From Bacteroides fragilis (lineage in GTDB: Bacteria; Pseudomonadota; Alphaproteobacteria; Rs-D84), in the NCBI GenBank assembly GCA_963630775.1, contig CAVGNU010000002.1:3406-67405 (forward strand): a DNA stretch of 64,000 bases. Direction: 5' to 3'. Each line of letters begins with the position of its first letter. The first letter of the stretch is position 1. The notes under the pieces are model-generated. The model saw only the letters and a program-made list of their open reading frames with translations. It was not told the origin of the DNA and ran no database searches. This document shows, in pieces, positions 18,016 through 28,086 of the stretch. The position numbers were made by a program, and so were the translations under genes.

Positions 18016-18612
18016 ATGAAACAAAAACTAAAAAAAATCCTGACGCACCTGCGTGATATTGTTATAAAGCCAAAGCGTTATTTTACCAAAATCGTTGCCG
18101 ACGGTAACATGGATGAATCCATGTTAAAGGCGTTTATTTATGGTCTGTTAGGTGGCATTTTGGTACTGTGTTTGCGTCTGATTGGTGGCGCGACGGTTAC
18201 ATTGGGCGCGGTATTTACCGCTGTGGTGATTGTGCCCGTACTGGCGGTGGCATTGCTGTTTGTGATGGGCGGTCTGATGATGCTGGTATCGGAAATTACC
18301 GGTGGCGAACGCGATTGGGAAATCGCAATCAAGGGTTTGTCGTCGATATTCTTTATGTATCCGGTAATTTTGGTATTGAACGCATTGGCGTTTAATTGCA
18401 CGTCAATTTGGATTATCAGTTTGCTGATTGATTTGTACGTGTTGTTCTTGTTCTATAACATCGCGCTGTATTGCATGCATGGGAAAAAGGCAAATGTGAT
18501 TTTTGTTATTGCGGTGCTGGCGATATTTTTGGCCACCGTGTACGCGACCGATTATCGTATTGGCTGGTTCATGTTAAAGAATGCCAGTGCAACATTGGCA
18601 TGTGTAATGTAA
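18016..18612 (+). CDS. Yip1-domain-like polytopic membrane protein
   Basis: About five predicted TM helices, with SD GGGGGTGA upstream. Confidence 0.5.
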   Translation: MKQKLKKILTHLRDIVIKPKRYFTKIVADGNMDESMLKAFIYGLLGGILVLCLRLIGGATVTLGAVFTAVVIVPVLAVALLFVMGGLMMLVSEITGGERDWEIAIKGLSSIFFMYPVILVLNALAFNCTSIWIISLLIDLYVLFLFYNIALYCMHGKKANVIFVIAVLAIFLATVYATDYRIGWFMLKNASATLACVM

Positions 18613-18625
18613 TAAAACACAATAA

Positions 18626-18655
18626 TAAAAAACGCGCCATTGGCGCGTTTTTTGT
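18626..18655. terminator. Bidirectional intrinsic terminator
   Basis: aacgcgcc-att-ggcgcgtt flanked by A- and T-runs. Confidence 0.75.
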
Positions 18656-18659
18656 TTGT

Positions 18660-19400
18660 TTACCATGTTGGGGCATGGTCACCTTCTTTGACAATGGGTT
18701 GTTCATCTTCCCATACTGACAGGCCGGTATTCACATCGGTCAACGTCAGTTGCAGGTAATATTCCACGCGCGTATCAACGTTCGAGAACCACCCTGATTG
18801 CAGTTTCATATTACGCTGTAACATCTTACCCGACAGTGACAGGTTTGGTGCAACCAATGTGCCCTTTTTGGCAATGGTGGACGCATCGTATTCGTCGTTA
18901 CCACGGGTGGCACGTACCTGATGCGTTGTTTCATCTTCGGCGGCGTCACGTTCGTATTCAACCGCGGCGATACCGTTTGCCTTGACCGATGCGGCGGATG
19001 CGCCCAATGCATCAATTTGCGCGGATTTCATTTCAGCCGTGACGGGAACATAGCCGATTTCTGTCTTCTTTTTATTTTGGAAACTGGTTGTAACCTGCGC
19101 TGTACCAGAATTTACCAACGTTGTGCGGATTTTCTTGACCAATATATCGGTGTCAAAGCGTTGCATTGTATCGTTTTCTACGTCGGCAATGGCGACAACA
19201 GGATTTTTAACGCGCGCAAAAGCACCGCTGTTTACCATTGATTTGGTCATCTGTTCCGCGGCGTTTGTCCAATCGCGATATTCTAATTCCATAACATTTT
19301 GCATTGTTGCAACGTCGCGCGTGTCATTCAAATCAACAACACGTGTTTCGCCGCATGCGCACAGCGCGGCACACAACGCAACAGGCATCAGTTTTTTCAT
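18660..19400 (-). CDS. LpoB/YcfM-like lipoprotein (COG3417-type)
   Basis: Lipobox ALCACG. DWTNAAEQMTKSMVNSG...VENDT...IRTTLVNSG and C-terminal LTLTDVNTGLSVWE resemble the LpoB family. Confidence 0.5.
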   Translation of the reverse strand: MKKLMPVALCAALCACGETRVVDLNDTRDVATMQNVMELEYRDWTNAAEQMTKSMVNSGAFARVKNPVVAIADVENDTMQRFDTDILVKKIRTTLVNSGTAQVTTSFQNKKKTEIGYVPVTAEMKSAQIDALGASAASVKANGIAAVEYERDAAEDETTHQVRATRGNDEYDASTIAKKGTLVAPNLSLSGKMLQRNMKLQSGWFSNVDTRVEYYLQLTLTDVNTGLSVWEDEQPIVKEGDHAPTW

Positions 19401-19419
19401 ACGTTTTCCTTTTGGTTTG

Positions 19420-20691
19420 TTATTTTATCTTTATTGTTTTGACGTCGGGCGTGCCACCTGTCAAACGAACATAGACCAGATAGTTACCCCCCGTCGGAAT
19501 TTCAGCCGTTGCCACCAGATTACCACCAGATTTTATTTCTAGCAAGCCGGTTTTATCATTTGTCGTGCGCCACACCGATATGCGCTGGGGCAATGTGGCC
19601 CAGGTGCGAACCTCTGCATTCGTGGTGGACAATGTGTACATTGTGGCCAGCAATCCCATCAGTGGCGCGGCATCACTGTCTGAATTATACAACGCGGCTT
19701 GCAGTGCGGCCTTGGACGTGGCAGACGTGAATGCACGCAGAACCTCGTTCACGCGATATTGGGTGTATTCCGTCATAAACAATGCGTCAACATCGGCGAG
19801 GATTTGCGCGCCATCAACCATTGACATTGGGGTGGCAAACATCGGCTGGGATACCGCCAATGATAATGTTGCAGGGCCGGACGAAAACACCACAAATGTA
19901 TCCATGCGATCTTCGTGTAATTTTGGTGCAAATCCGTCCTCTATAAATACCCAGATGGTGTTTTTTGGGGTGGTGCGGGCGGCGGCGGCGCGCAAGTCCG
20001 TTTTTATGTATTTATTGTCGTCCGCCATACCATCAGCACGACGCAGATATGTTTTGGCATCGGCAAAATTTCCCGTATTCAGGAAATATAATCCCGATAA
20101 ATACATCAATGCAGGATTCATAATATCGCGAAACGCGTGCCACTGGGCATTTTCATTTTGTATTTGCAATGCCAATTCGGAATTTTCAGTACTGTCAGAT
20201 TGAATCTGTTTAACCAGTGCGTCGTATTCGCGCGACATATCTTGCTGGCGGGCGTACGATTGATTGATAATCACGCGCGCATTATCGTAATTCCCCAGTG
20301 CCAGCGCATTCCACAACTGATAATACGACACAAACAGTGCGTCCGACATATACGGTCGATAATCGTTGGCCAGATTACCACCCAGCAGCGCGGCAACCTC
20401 GCGCCCTAAATCACCCGAGGTCAGGTCGATGTTACGGTGGTTAAATTCTTCGTATGCGGCGTCCGACGCGGCAAATTCGTTTGCGTGAAATAAACTGTCC
20501 GCGGTAATCAACAGTTCCAAATTATTCTGGGATTCTGGACTGTCACCCGACGAAAATTCATTTGCCGTCGCGACATAATTACCATCGACATAGCCCGCAC
20601 GCACCGCGTCCAGTTGTGATTCCATCGTGGCGGCACATGCGCACAGTAAAAATGACAAAGATAATACAACTATGCGGCGCATTTGCATCAA
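19420..20691 (-). CDS. Lipoprotein, helical/TPR-like, of the COG3014 type that accompanies LpoB-like genes
   Basis: Lipobox FLLCAC. 423 aa. Lies 19 nt upstream of the LpoB-like gene on the same strand. Confidence 0.4.
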   Translation of the reverse strand: MMQMRRIVVLSLSFLLCACAATMESQLDAVRAGYVDGNYVATANEFSSGDSPESQNNLELLITADSLFHANEFAASDAAYEEFNHRNIDLTSGDLGREVAALLGGNLANDYRPYMSDALFVSYYQLWNALALGNYDNARVIINQSYARQQDMSREYDALVKQIQSDSTENSELALQIQNENAQWHAFRDIMNPALMYLSGLYFLNTGNFADAKTYLRRADGMADDNKYIKTDLRAAAARTTPKNTIWVFIEDGFAPKLHEDRMDTFVVFSSGPATLSLAVSQPMFATPMSMVDGAQILADVDALFMTEYTQYRVNEVLRAFTSATSKAALQAALYNSDSDAAPLMGLLATMYTLSTTNAEVRTWATLPQRISVWRTTNDKTGLLEIKSGGNLVATAEIPTGGNYLVYVRLTGGTPDVKTIKIK

Positions 20692-20694
20692 CGC

Positions 20695-22881
20695 TTATAA
20701 TGTTTTCGTTTCACCCGTCATTGGGTCATAGAACCGCGGTGCACCGGCATAGCCCAATGCCGCATGATGCGATGGGACTAAAAATTCAGGCAGCGGGCTG
20801 GACGCGCCCATTTTCATAAATCCAGACAGGCGCGGATCTTTCCATGCGGGTTGTTTGTCTGCCTCAATCGGGCGATGATACCACCCTTGGAATATCACCA
20901 GTTGTTTGTTATCCGCCAGACGCATGATATCCATTGGCGTGTACAGTAATTCTTCGCTGGTGGATTCTTTGCCATCTTTGTCGGTCTTGATTTTCATCTT
21001 GTAACCCATCATCTTAGAAAAGCGGTCGGCGGTGTCTGGGTCGTTTTGACGTAACACAACCTTGGCCGCGGTGGTGGAAATGATGGTGGCGGCGGCATCT
21101 GCGCCATATTTTTCCTGAATCTGGTGCAAGTCCTGACCGATAATCAGGTATGACACCTGTTGACCACGACCCAAATCCGGCCCTTGGATAACGGCGTCCA
21201 GTTTTTGCATCTTGGGCATTTCGTCCAGTACGAACAGCACCGGATACGGCCCCAGTTCACGCCCATCACGCATCTGCTTTGGCGCGTTGGACAGCAAGAA
21301 ATTTGTCATCAATTCAATAAAGATTGCCGTAATTGGATTCAATGCCTGCGCATCGACCATATTGATGGACAAATACACCGTCACAGGTTTAACCTTGCCG
21401 TCACGCGGGTCAACCAGACCACGCAAATCCGAAAAGTGAAAGTCCGAATGGCTGGTACGGTTACGAACCGCCGAATTACGGAATATCGACAATCCCGCCA
21501 GAATTGTGGACAGAATAGATCCACGTTCCTTGTCCGGCGTGTTTGCCAACTGGGTCAATTCCAAAACACTGCGGTGGGCGTATGAATAATGTCTGGCTTC
21601 GTCCACGGCGGCCATAAACAGGTCGTGCATGGGATCTGCCATCATAACCATTTGGTCACCACCACGACGGCGTTCTTCTAAATCCGCGGCCATTGCGATT
21701 TGTGATGCGTTCAGCCAATCCAGAATCATGGAAAATGATGCCTCGCGTCCAATCCATGCGGGGGGAATGTTTTCCCACGTGCCGACGTGTACATAATTCA
21801 TTGCATTTAATTCGCCACGCTGTAATGCCGCCTGTGCCGCATATGCGTTTGTATCATTCATCATCGACAGGTAATAATCCGACAGCACCGCCGCATCATC
21901 GGCATCAAATGTACCCGATGTCAGGCGTGCATAGAAATAATCGTCGGCCTTGGCACGTTCAACCTTGGAAATAATAAAGTGCACCAGACCGGCCAGACCG
22001 GCGCGTCCGGTATTACTCCAATGCGGGTCTTGGGTGTTTTCTTGAATCAAAACCTTGCACATAGAATCAACGTACAGGTCGCGTTGTTCCATATTTGCCG
22101 GCACGTGATCCGGTGACAGCGGATTCCACGATGGATAATAAATGCCACGCGCGGGATCGTCCTGACCCGCCCAGTTCATAATGAACACCGGCCCAATCGT
22201 TGAACGATAACCAGACGATTTCTGGTACAATTCAGGTTTTGGGTCATTGATAATCATTGACACGTTGTTGCATTCAAAAATCGTTGGAAAAACCACCCCT
22301 TGGGTTTTACCAGTTCCGGGGGGCGCAACGCACAATGCAGACAGACATTCGTTCATCATCAATGGCTTTTTCTTGAAATAACCCAAAACCATCATGAACC
22401 CGCCCAGCAAGCCCATTTTCTCGATATCTTCCTTGGACGCTTTGTTTGATGATTTTTCGGCAAACTTATCCTTGCCATACGGGTTAAATTCATCAACCAA
22501 TGTGTTGTCCGCCATCAGGTAATACGCGATAATCGGCAACAGCGGCGTGATGCACATAATATCCGTGCGCATCAGCGACCGCGACACCCATGCGGGAATT
22601 TCCGCAATCACAGACATACCGCCACTGGTAAACATATTCATCAAATACACACGTGTCCACGTCAGTGACGCCGGTGACCAACCATACCGCCAGATATGTT
22701 CAATGATAAATGACAAACTGAATGCCGCCGCACAGACCAACCAAATACCAACCGCCCAGCGCAGTGACCAAAAAATCTGCGCCATGGGGGTACGTTGGTG
22801 TTCCTTGTACGCGCTGGACTTGAATATATTCAGGCCCTTGGACGAACCACCAGCCGATAAAATCTTGAACTTAGCAACCAT
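20695..22881 (-). CDS. virD4: Type IV secretion coupling protein, VirD4/TraG family
   Basis: N-terminal TM helices, Walker A PPGTGKTQGVVFPT, VLFVLDEMPKM (Walker B region), IGQDLHQIQEKYG (the TraG/VirD4 signature). Confidence 0.85.
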   Translation of the reverse strand: MVAKFKILSAGGSSKGLNIFKSSAYKEHQRTPMAQIFWSLRWAVGIWLVCAAAFSLSFIIEHIWRYGWSPASLTWTRVYLMNMFTSGGMSVIAEIPAWVSRSLMRTDIMCITPLLPIIAYYLMADNTLVDEFNPYGKDKFAEKSSNKASKEDIEKMGLLGGFMMVLGYFKKKPLMMNECLSALCVAPPGTGKTQGVVFPTIFECNNVSMIINDPKPELYQKSSGYRSTIGPVFIMNWAGQDDPARGIYYPSWNPLSPDHVPANMEQRDLYVDSMCKVLIQENTQDPHWSNTGRAGLAGLVHFIISKVERAKADDYFYARLTSGTFDADDAAVLSDYYLSMMNDTNAYAAQAALQRGELNAMNYVHVGTWENIPPAWIGREASFSMILDWLNASQIAMAADLEERRRGGDQMVMMADPMHDLFMAAVDEARHYSYAHRSVLELTQLANTPDKERGSILSTILAGLSIFRNSAVRNRTSHSDFHFSDLRGLVDPRDGKVKPVTVYLSINMVDAQALNPITAIFIELMTNFLLSNAPKQMRDGRELGPYPVLFVLDEMPKMQKLDAVIQGPDLGRGQQVSYLIIGQDLHQIQEKYGADAAATIISTTAAKVVLRQNDPDTADRFSKMMGYKMKIKTDKDGKESTSEELLYTPMDIMRLADNKQLVIFQGWYHRPIEADKQPAWKDPRLSGFMKMGASSPLPEFLVPSHHAALGYAGAPRFYDPMTGETKTL

Positions 22882-22936
22882 TGTGTTATGATTGTATCAT
22901 ATTTTTAACCGATTATAAATCAGGAATTGCGGGGAA

Positions 22937-23590
22937 ATGAAAAATATTCCACGAATCTTTGCCGGAAATGATGTTGCGACGGGCGTGCATGTGCCCGCGA
23001 CGGCGGACGCAGCGCATTACCTGATGCGCGTAATGCGACGTCACGATTGCATTGTGTTTGGTGGTGGTCGCGAATTTATGGCGACGCTGTCAGATGATGG
23101 CAAATTCTTGGCCGTTGGCGCACAGACACCACACGATGACCCATCGGGCAATGTCGTGTTATATTTTGCCCCGATAAAGCGTGTGGACGATTTAATCAAT
23201 ATGGTAACCCAGATGGGCGTGGCGGCATTTCAGCCGGTTATTACCGAACGCACAACCGCGCACCACACAAATTGGAAACGTATGGAAAAGATAGCGACCG
23301 AGGCCGCCGAGCAATCCAACCGCAACAGTGTGCCCGTAATTTTACCAGAGGTTAAATTTTCAGATTTAGATTTGTCGCATATGGTATTTGCCGACGAACG
23401 TGCGGCGTATGGCAAGCAAATCCCAGCGGCGGCAAAAACAGATAAAATCTTGGTCGGGCCCGAAGGGGGATTTTCAGACGCTGAATTTGCGGCATTGGAC
23501 GCGGCGGGTGCGATTGGTATATCACTGGGCAAAACAATTTTGCGCGCCGAATTGGCGGCGGCAATCGCGGTGGGGCGCATAACTGAATGA
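22937..23590 (+). CDS. rsmE: 16S rRNA m3U1498 methyltransferase
   Basis: ERTTAH...KRMEKIATEAAEQSNR and LVGPEGGFSDAE...LGKTILRAE motifs. Confidence 0.85.
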   Translation: MKNIPRIFAGNDVATGVHVPATADAAHYLMRVMRRHDCIVFGGGREFMATLSDDGKFLAVGAQTPHDDPSGNVVLYFAPIKRVDDLINMVTQMGVAAFQPVITERTTAHHTNWKRMEKIATEAAEQSNRNSVPVILPEVKFSDLDLSHMVFADERAAYGKQIPAAAKTDKILVGPEGGFSDAEFAALDAAGAIGISLGKTILRAELAAAIAVGRITE

Positions 23591-24285
23591 CGGTTCGTAT
23601 TGCAAAATTTATCGCAGACGCCGGTGCGGCATCACGCCGCGCAGCCGAAGATTTGATTGCGTCGCGACGCGTTACGGTAAATGGCACTGCTATCGACAGT
23701 CCGGTGTTCTTTGTGTCCGATGGCGACGTCGTTGCGATTGATGGCGCACCCATTCAGGCGCGCGCGCAAACCGAACTGTACGCATTTCACAAACCGTTGA
23801 ACACAATGACAACCGCACGTGACCCACGTGGACGCAAAACAATATATGACGTGTTGCCAGATGAATATAAAAATCTGAAATACGTGGGGCGTTTGGATTA
23901 CAAGACAACGGGCTTGTTGCTGATGACAAATGATGGTGCGTTGGCACGAAAACTGACATTGCCGTCATCGCATATTCCGCGCACGTATTTGGCAACGGTG
24001 AACACCAGTGACTTTTCAGGATTGGACGCGGCGCGACGTGGCATAACCGTTGATGGCGTGTCATATCGCCCGATGCAAATTGATGTTTTGAAAAACGGCG
24101 AATTGCGCGTCACCGTGACCGAAGGGAAAAAGAACGAGGTACGCATTGTCCTGCGCGCATGTGGCGCACCGGTGCGCAAATTGCACCGCATATCATTTGG
24201 CAATATTGAATTGGGTAAATTACCCGTTGGCAAAATTCGCATTATTCCACAGAAAACAATTGACGCGTTGTTAAATTCTTTCTAA
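23587..24285 (+). CDS. Pseudouridine synthase, RsuA/RluB family
   Basis: S4 domain (RIAKFIADAGAASRRAAEDLI) and catalytic GRLDYKTTGLLLMTNDG. ATGA overlap with rsmE. Confidence 0.9.
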   Translation: MTVRIAKFIADAGAASRRAAEDLIASRRVTVNGTAIDSPVFFVSDGDVVAIDGAPIQARAQTELYAFHKPLNTMTTARDPRGRKTIYDVLPDEYKNLKYVGRLDYKTTGLLLMTNDGALARKLTLPSSHIPRTYLATVNTSDFSGLDAARRGITVDGVSYRPMQIDVLKNGELRVTVTEGKKNEVRIVLRACGAPVRKLHRISFGNIELGKLPVGKIRIIPQKTIDALLNSF

Positions 24286-24319
24286 TATTCTGGTATCAAA
24301 CAGGAAGGGAGATTTTACA

Positions 24320-25327
24320 ATGAAAAAACAATCCGCACCCAAGGCAGCCACAAAGCGCACCACAGCCACACGTCGCGCCAATAATGCACCAATCAAGGTT
24401 ACGCCAATCGTACAGAATCAAAAGACATGCTTTAATCCATGGTCACTGTCAATTTATATTTACTGGTTTATCATTTTGTTCTTTATCGCGTCAACATTCT
24501 ATATTCTGGGACGCAGCCATGATGTTTTGAACGCGCCAAAGCCCAATGTTGAAATCACCGAAGAAGCATTGATGCAGGCATCTGATTACTATGAACAGGG
24601 CAAAACAAAATTGCTGGCGGGTGATGTGGATGCCGCAATCGCGGATTTGACCACCGCCATTGATGCGGGCAATGCATCGGTTGATACGTATATCTTGCGT
24701 GGCGAAGCGTATATGCAGACCGGCAACTATCGCAATGCGTTGGACGATTTCAATGCCGCGATTGACGCAGATTCTGTGAATGCGGTTGCGTATTATGATC
24801 GCGCATTGTTGAATGCCCGTCTGGAAGATTACAATGCCGCATTGAATGATATCAACAACGCATTGGCAGCACAAACCACACAACCGAACAAGATTCTGTC
24901 TATGCGTGATTTGTATGCAAAACGCGGCCAGTTGAATTTGTGGTTAAAGAACTGGCAGGGCGCGATTGCCGACTATACAAATTCATTGTCACACGAATCT
25001 GGTGCTGTCAACCCGACCGTATATGCCGACCGTGCAGAGGCATACACTGCCGTTGGTGATTATGCCAGTGCAATCGCAGATTATACATCGGCTGTGCGCG
25101 TTATTTCTGAACAGATTCAGGGCGTAACCACCGCCGAAGAACGCGAAGCGTTGTCCAGCCGTGCGATGTCGTATTTTGAAAAGTCCGCAGCGCTGAACCT
25201 GCAAAATGGTGATGTAAATGCGGCACGCAGTGATTTGAATTCAGCAAACACAATCGCCGTTGCGTTAAACGATACGGTAACAATGGAACGTTTGGGTCAA
25301 TTACTGGCCGAATTGCCACAGGAATAA
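24320..25327 (+). CDS. Membrane-anchored TPR repeat protein
   Basis: One TM helix followed by repeated A-x-x-D-Y/F-x-x-A-I TPR-like units. Confidence 0.65.
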   Translation: MKKQSAPKAATKRTTATRRANNAPIKVTPIVQNQKTCFNPWSLSIYIYWFIILFFIASTFYILGRSHDVLNAPKPNVEITEEALMQASDYYEQGKTKLLAGDVDAAIADLTTAIDAGNASVDTYILRGEAYMQTGNYRNALDDFNAAIDADSVNAVAYYDRALLNARLEDYNAALNDINNALAAQTTQPNKILSMRDLYAKRGQLNLWLKNWQGAIADYTNSLSHESGAVNPTVYADRAEAYTAVGDYASAIADYTSAVRVISEQIQGVTTAEEREALSSRAMSYFEKSAALNLQNGDVNAARSDLNSANTIAVALNDTVTMERLGQLLAELPQE

Positions 25328-25352
25328 AAAACGGGGCAATGCCCCATTTTTT
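25326..25352 (+). terminator. Intrinsic terminator (aaaacggggcNNtgcccc family)
   Basis: ggggc-aat-gcccc followed by T6. Confidence 0.7.
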
Positions 25353-25354
25353 AT

Positions 25355-25408
25355 TAGAGCATAGATAATAGATAGTGCGCCGTTTGGCGCACTGATTTTT
25401 TTATCACT
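25355..25408. repeat. Heptamer-periodic intergenic element, copy b
   Basis: TAGAGCA TAGATAA TAGATAG - TGCGCC gttt GGCGCA - ctgatttttttatcact. Confidence 0.75.
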
Positions 25409-26435
25409 AAAATGTCAGGCGCATACCGGCGGACAAAAATGGCGTTTCGGACGTCCAGCCCAGTGATATCCAACCATCGACATTTTCGCTGTATTTATAT
25501 CGAAACGATCCAACAATCGTATTGTCGTCATAGTCGCGTATGTCGTGTTGCCAAATACCCGTGTCCGAAAAAATATATGTCAATGACAATGTATATTTTA
25601 ACAAATCATAACTGATACCCGTACCCGCAGACAGACCATCGGACGCCGTGCCAATTGGATTTTCATCGTAAATCACACGCGCGGTAATTCCCCAAATCCA
25701 ACTGTTATATTGCAGGTTCATTCCGGCGGACACCTGGGCACGCCAATCGGCATAGACGTCAGGCGTGTATGAATCCTGACTGAAACCGTTTGGGTTTGAC
25801 ATAAATGATGCACCAAGTGCATATGCGGTCTTGGTCTTGCCATTTGGGCGGCGGATTTTTAATCCCGCATCAATGGTATAATCATAATCATCGGTCATAC
25901 CCGCCACCGACAGGCCGTATTGTGCACCACTTTTTGGGGCAGATGCAATATTGGCGCGCAATGCGCTGCGTCCCGTGGTCAATGACGTATCTGATATCAC
26001 TGTGCCATCGGGGTGAATACGTTTATAGAACAGCGGTTTATCGTTCACGCGCAGGCCGCCGACATCGGGCAATCCCACCGCCAATTTGCGCGCAATGGAA
26101 TCTGTAAAGCCAATTTCAATCCGGCCTATATTGCGATCTTCGGTGAACAAAAATGCCTCGCGCATAAACTTGTCCTCGTCAATGGCGGCGGCATCAATGG
26201 AATATACCGCGCCTAATGATTGCCCCGCACCGACCGCATAGTTCATCTGGCCACGAACGCGCCAATCGCCAACAAATTCTGGCTGGTTAAAATCGGGTTC
26301 TATCAATCCAGCGGTGCCGTAACCTGTCAATTTGAATGTTGCACCATCATATTTATATTCAATCGCATGCGCCGACGTGTTCAGCGCAATCATCGCCAAT
26401 GCGGCATACGCCATGCGCAACGGGTGTTTTGTCAT
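25407..26435 (-). CDS. Outer-membrane beta-barrel porin-like protein
   Basis: Signal peptide (ALAMIALNTSAHA), alternating beta-strand pattern, C-terminal ...GMRLTF. The start abuts the rpoH stop (TAAATG). Confidence 0.7.
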   Translation of the reverse strand: MTKHPLRMAYAALAMIALNTSAHAIEYKYDGATFKLTGYGTAGLIEPDFNQPEFVGDWRVRGQMNYAVGAGQSLGAVYSIDAAAIDEDKFMREAFLFTEDRNIGRIEIGFTDSIARKLAVGLPDVGGLRVNDKPLFYKRIHPDGTVISDTSLTTGRSALRANIASAPKSGAQYGLSVAGMTDDYDYTIDAGLKIRRPNGKTKTAYALGASFMSNPNGFSQDSYTPDVYADWRAQVSAGMNLQYNSWIWGITARVIYDENPIGTASDGLSAGTGISYDLLKYTLSLTYIFSDTGIWQHDIRDYDDNTIVGSFRYKYSENVDGWISLGWTSETPFLSAGMRLTF

Positions 26436-27350
26436 TTATTTGTTCCCTTGGGCTTCTTGTAAAATAGCATCACGCAATTTGTTAAATGCGCGTTCTTCGA
26501 TTTGGCGCACACGTTCACGCGATATACCATATTTCTGGGACAGCGATTCCAGTGTGAACGCCGGATCGGTCAATCGCCGTGCGCGCAAGATGTCGCGATC
26601 ACGTTCGGGCAATTCAGACAAATGGCGACGCAACAGGTCGTATCCACGCCGCTTGAATTCCAATTCTTCAATTGTGTTTTGAATATCGGTTTTATCATCG
26701 GGCATATTAGACAAAACGTCGCGTGTGTCATCATCAGAATGCGCCGGCGCGTTCAGCGATACGTCACGCGCGGACACGCGGGTTGACATACGGCGAACAT
26801 CGTTTTCCGGCACGGACAGGTAATCTGCAATCTGTTTTGTTTGGTCATCGGACAGATTGTTGTCCATAATGCCCAATGCACGCTTTGCGCGCGCCAGATT
26901 AAAGAATACGCGTTTCTGGTTTGCCGATGTGCCGATTTTGACGATTGACCAATTATTCAAAATCGTTTCATAGATTTCCGCACGAATCCAGAACATCGCG
27001 TATGTTGAAAAACGGAATCCCTTTTCAGGGTCAAATTTCTGTAATGCCTGCATCAGGCCCATATTACCACTGGCAATCAGTTCACCAACAGGAATACCAT
27101 AATTCTTGAAATCATACGCAACCGACACCACCAGTCGCAGGTGGCTGGCCACCAACTTTTCAGCTGCAACCTTGTCCTGATTTTTTACCCATTGATTGGC
27201 ATATTCATATTCTTCTTCGGCAGACAGAATCGGAATTTTCTGAACCGTTTGAATATACTGTGCCAGCCCCGTTTCGTCGCTGACCCCACGGGCGGCAACC
27301 AAACTGGTATTTTTTGCTGCTGGTAACGTGTTCTTGATTTGCTTTTTCAT
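26436..27350 (-). CDS. rpoH: RNA polymerase sigma-32 (heat shock)
   Basis: Sigma70 regions 2-4 and an RpoH-box-like NQKRVFFNLARAKR. Confidence 0.9.
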   Translation of the reverse strand: MKKQIKNTLPAAKNTSLVAARGVSDETGLAQYIQTVQKIPILSAEEEYEYANQWVKNQDKVAAEKLVASHLRLVVSVAYDFKNYGIPVGELIASGNMGLMQALQKFDPEKGFRFSTYAMFWIRAEIYETILNNWSIVKIGTSANQKRVFFNLARAKRALGIMDNNLSDDQTKQIADYLSVPENDVRRMSTRVSARDVSLNAPAHSDDDTRDVLSNMPDDKTDIQNTIEELEFKRRGYDLLRRHLSELPERDRDILRARRLTDPAFTLESLSQKYGISRERVRQIEERAFNKLRDAILQEAQGNK

Positions 27351-27415
27351 AACTTTTATAGTATAGCAATAAAATAAGATTTATCAAGGACACCATTCAA
27401 ACAGGAGATTTTTCA

Positions 27416-28066
27416 ATGGCATCTATTTTGGAAAGAAAGAACAAGGTCAAAGCCCCAAAGAAAACACGCGAAGATTACGCCGAAGACGCCCTGTATCGCG
27501 AGGTTTGGGAAGAAGTCAATAACGACAAAACGTTGGCTTTCATCAAGAAATATTCCAAATCTATGATTGTTGGCGCATTATCATTGCTGATTATTGTGAC
27601 GGCGGTTCAGATTGGTGTTCGTACACATCGCGCTAACAAAATGGCCATGGCCGAAAATTATGAAACCGCGGTTCTGAATATGGACGCAAATGCGTTGGCG
27701 GGGATTGCGAGAAATGCATCGGGGGCAAACGCTGATTTGGCACTGTTCCAAGCGTACGTGTTGGACAACGACGTTGCTAAATTAGAAGAGCTGGCGAAAA
27801 ACGGTGCGACGCGTGATTTCCGCGATTTGGCCAAGATGCACATTATTGCCCTGCGTGGTGATGACATGACGTCGGCGGACGTTGAAAAATACTTGGCTGA
27901 TTTGAACACGAAGAAGTCACCATTTTATTACACTTCGCGTTTGGTTGTTGCCCAGAAATATCTGGCATCGGGTGACCGCGACAGCGCGAACAAATGGTTG
28001 GACGTTATTATCAATGACGCGGACGCACCAGCGGTCGTTTCCGCCAATGCCCAGACATTACGTTAA
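27416..28066 (+). CDS. YfgM-like membrane-anchored TPR-like protein
   Basis: Charged N-terminus, a single TM helix and a helical periplasmic domain. Lies directly upstream of a BamB-like gene, as in the yfgM-bamB arrangement. Confidence 0.5.
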   Translation: MASILERKNKVKAPKKTREDYAEDALYREVWEEVNNDKTLAFIKKYSKSMIVGALSLLIIVTAVQIGVRTHRANKMAMAENYETAVLNMDANALAGIARNASGANADLALFQAYVLDNDVAKLEELAKNGATRDFRDLAKMHIIALRGDDMTSADVEKYLADLNTKKSPFYYTSRLVVAQKYLASGDRDSANKWLDVIINDADAPAVVSANAQTLR

Positions 28067-28086
28067 ATACGATTCACAGGAAGGGA

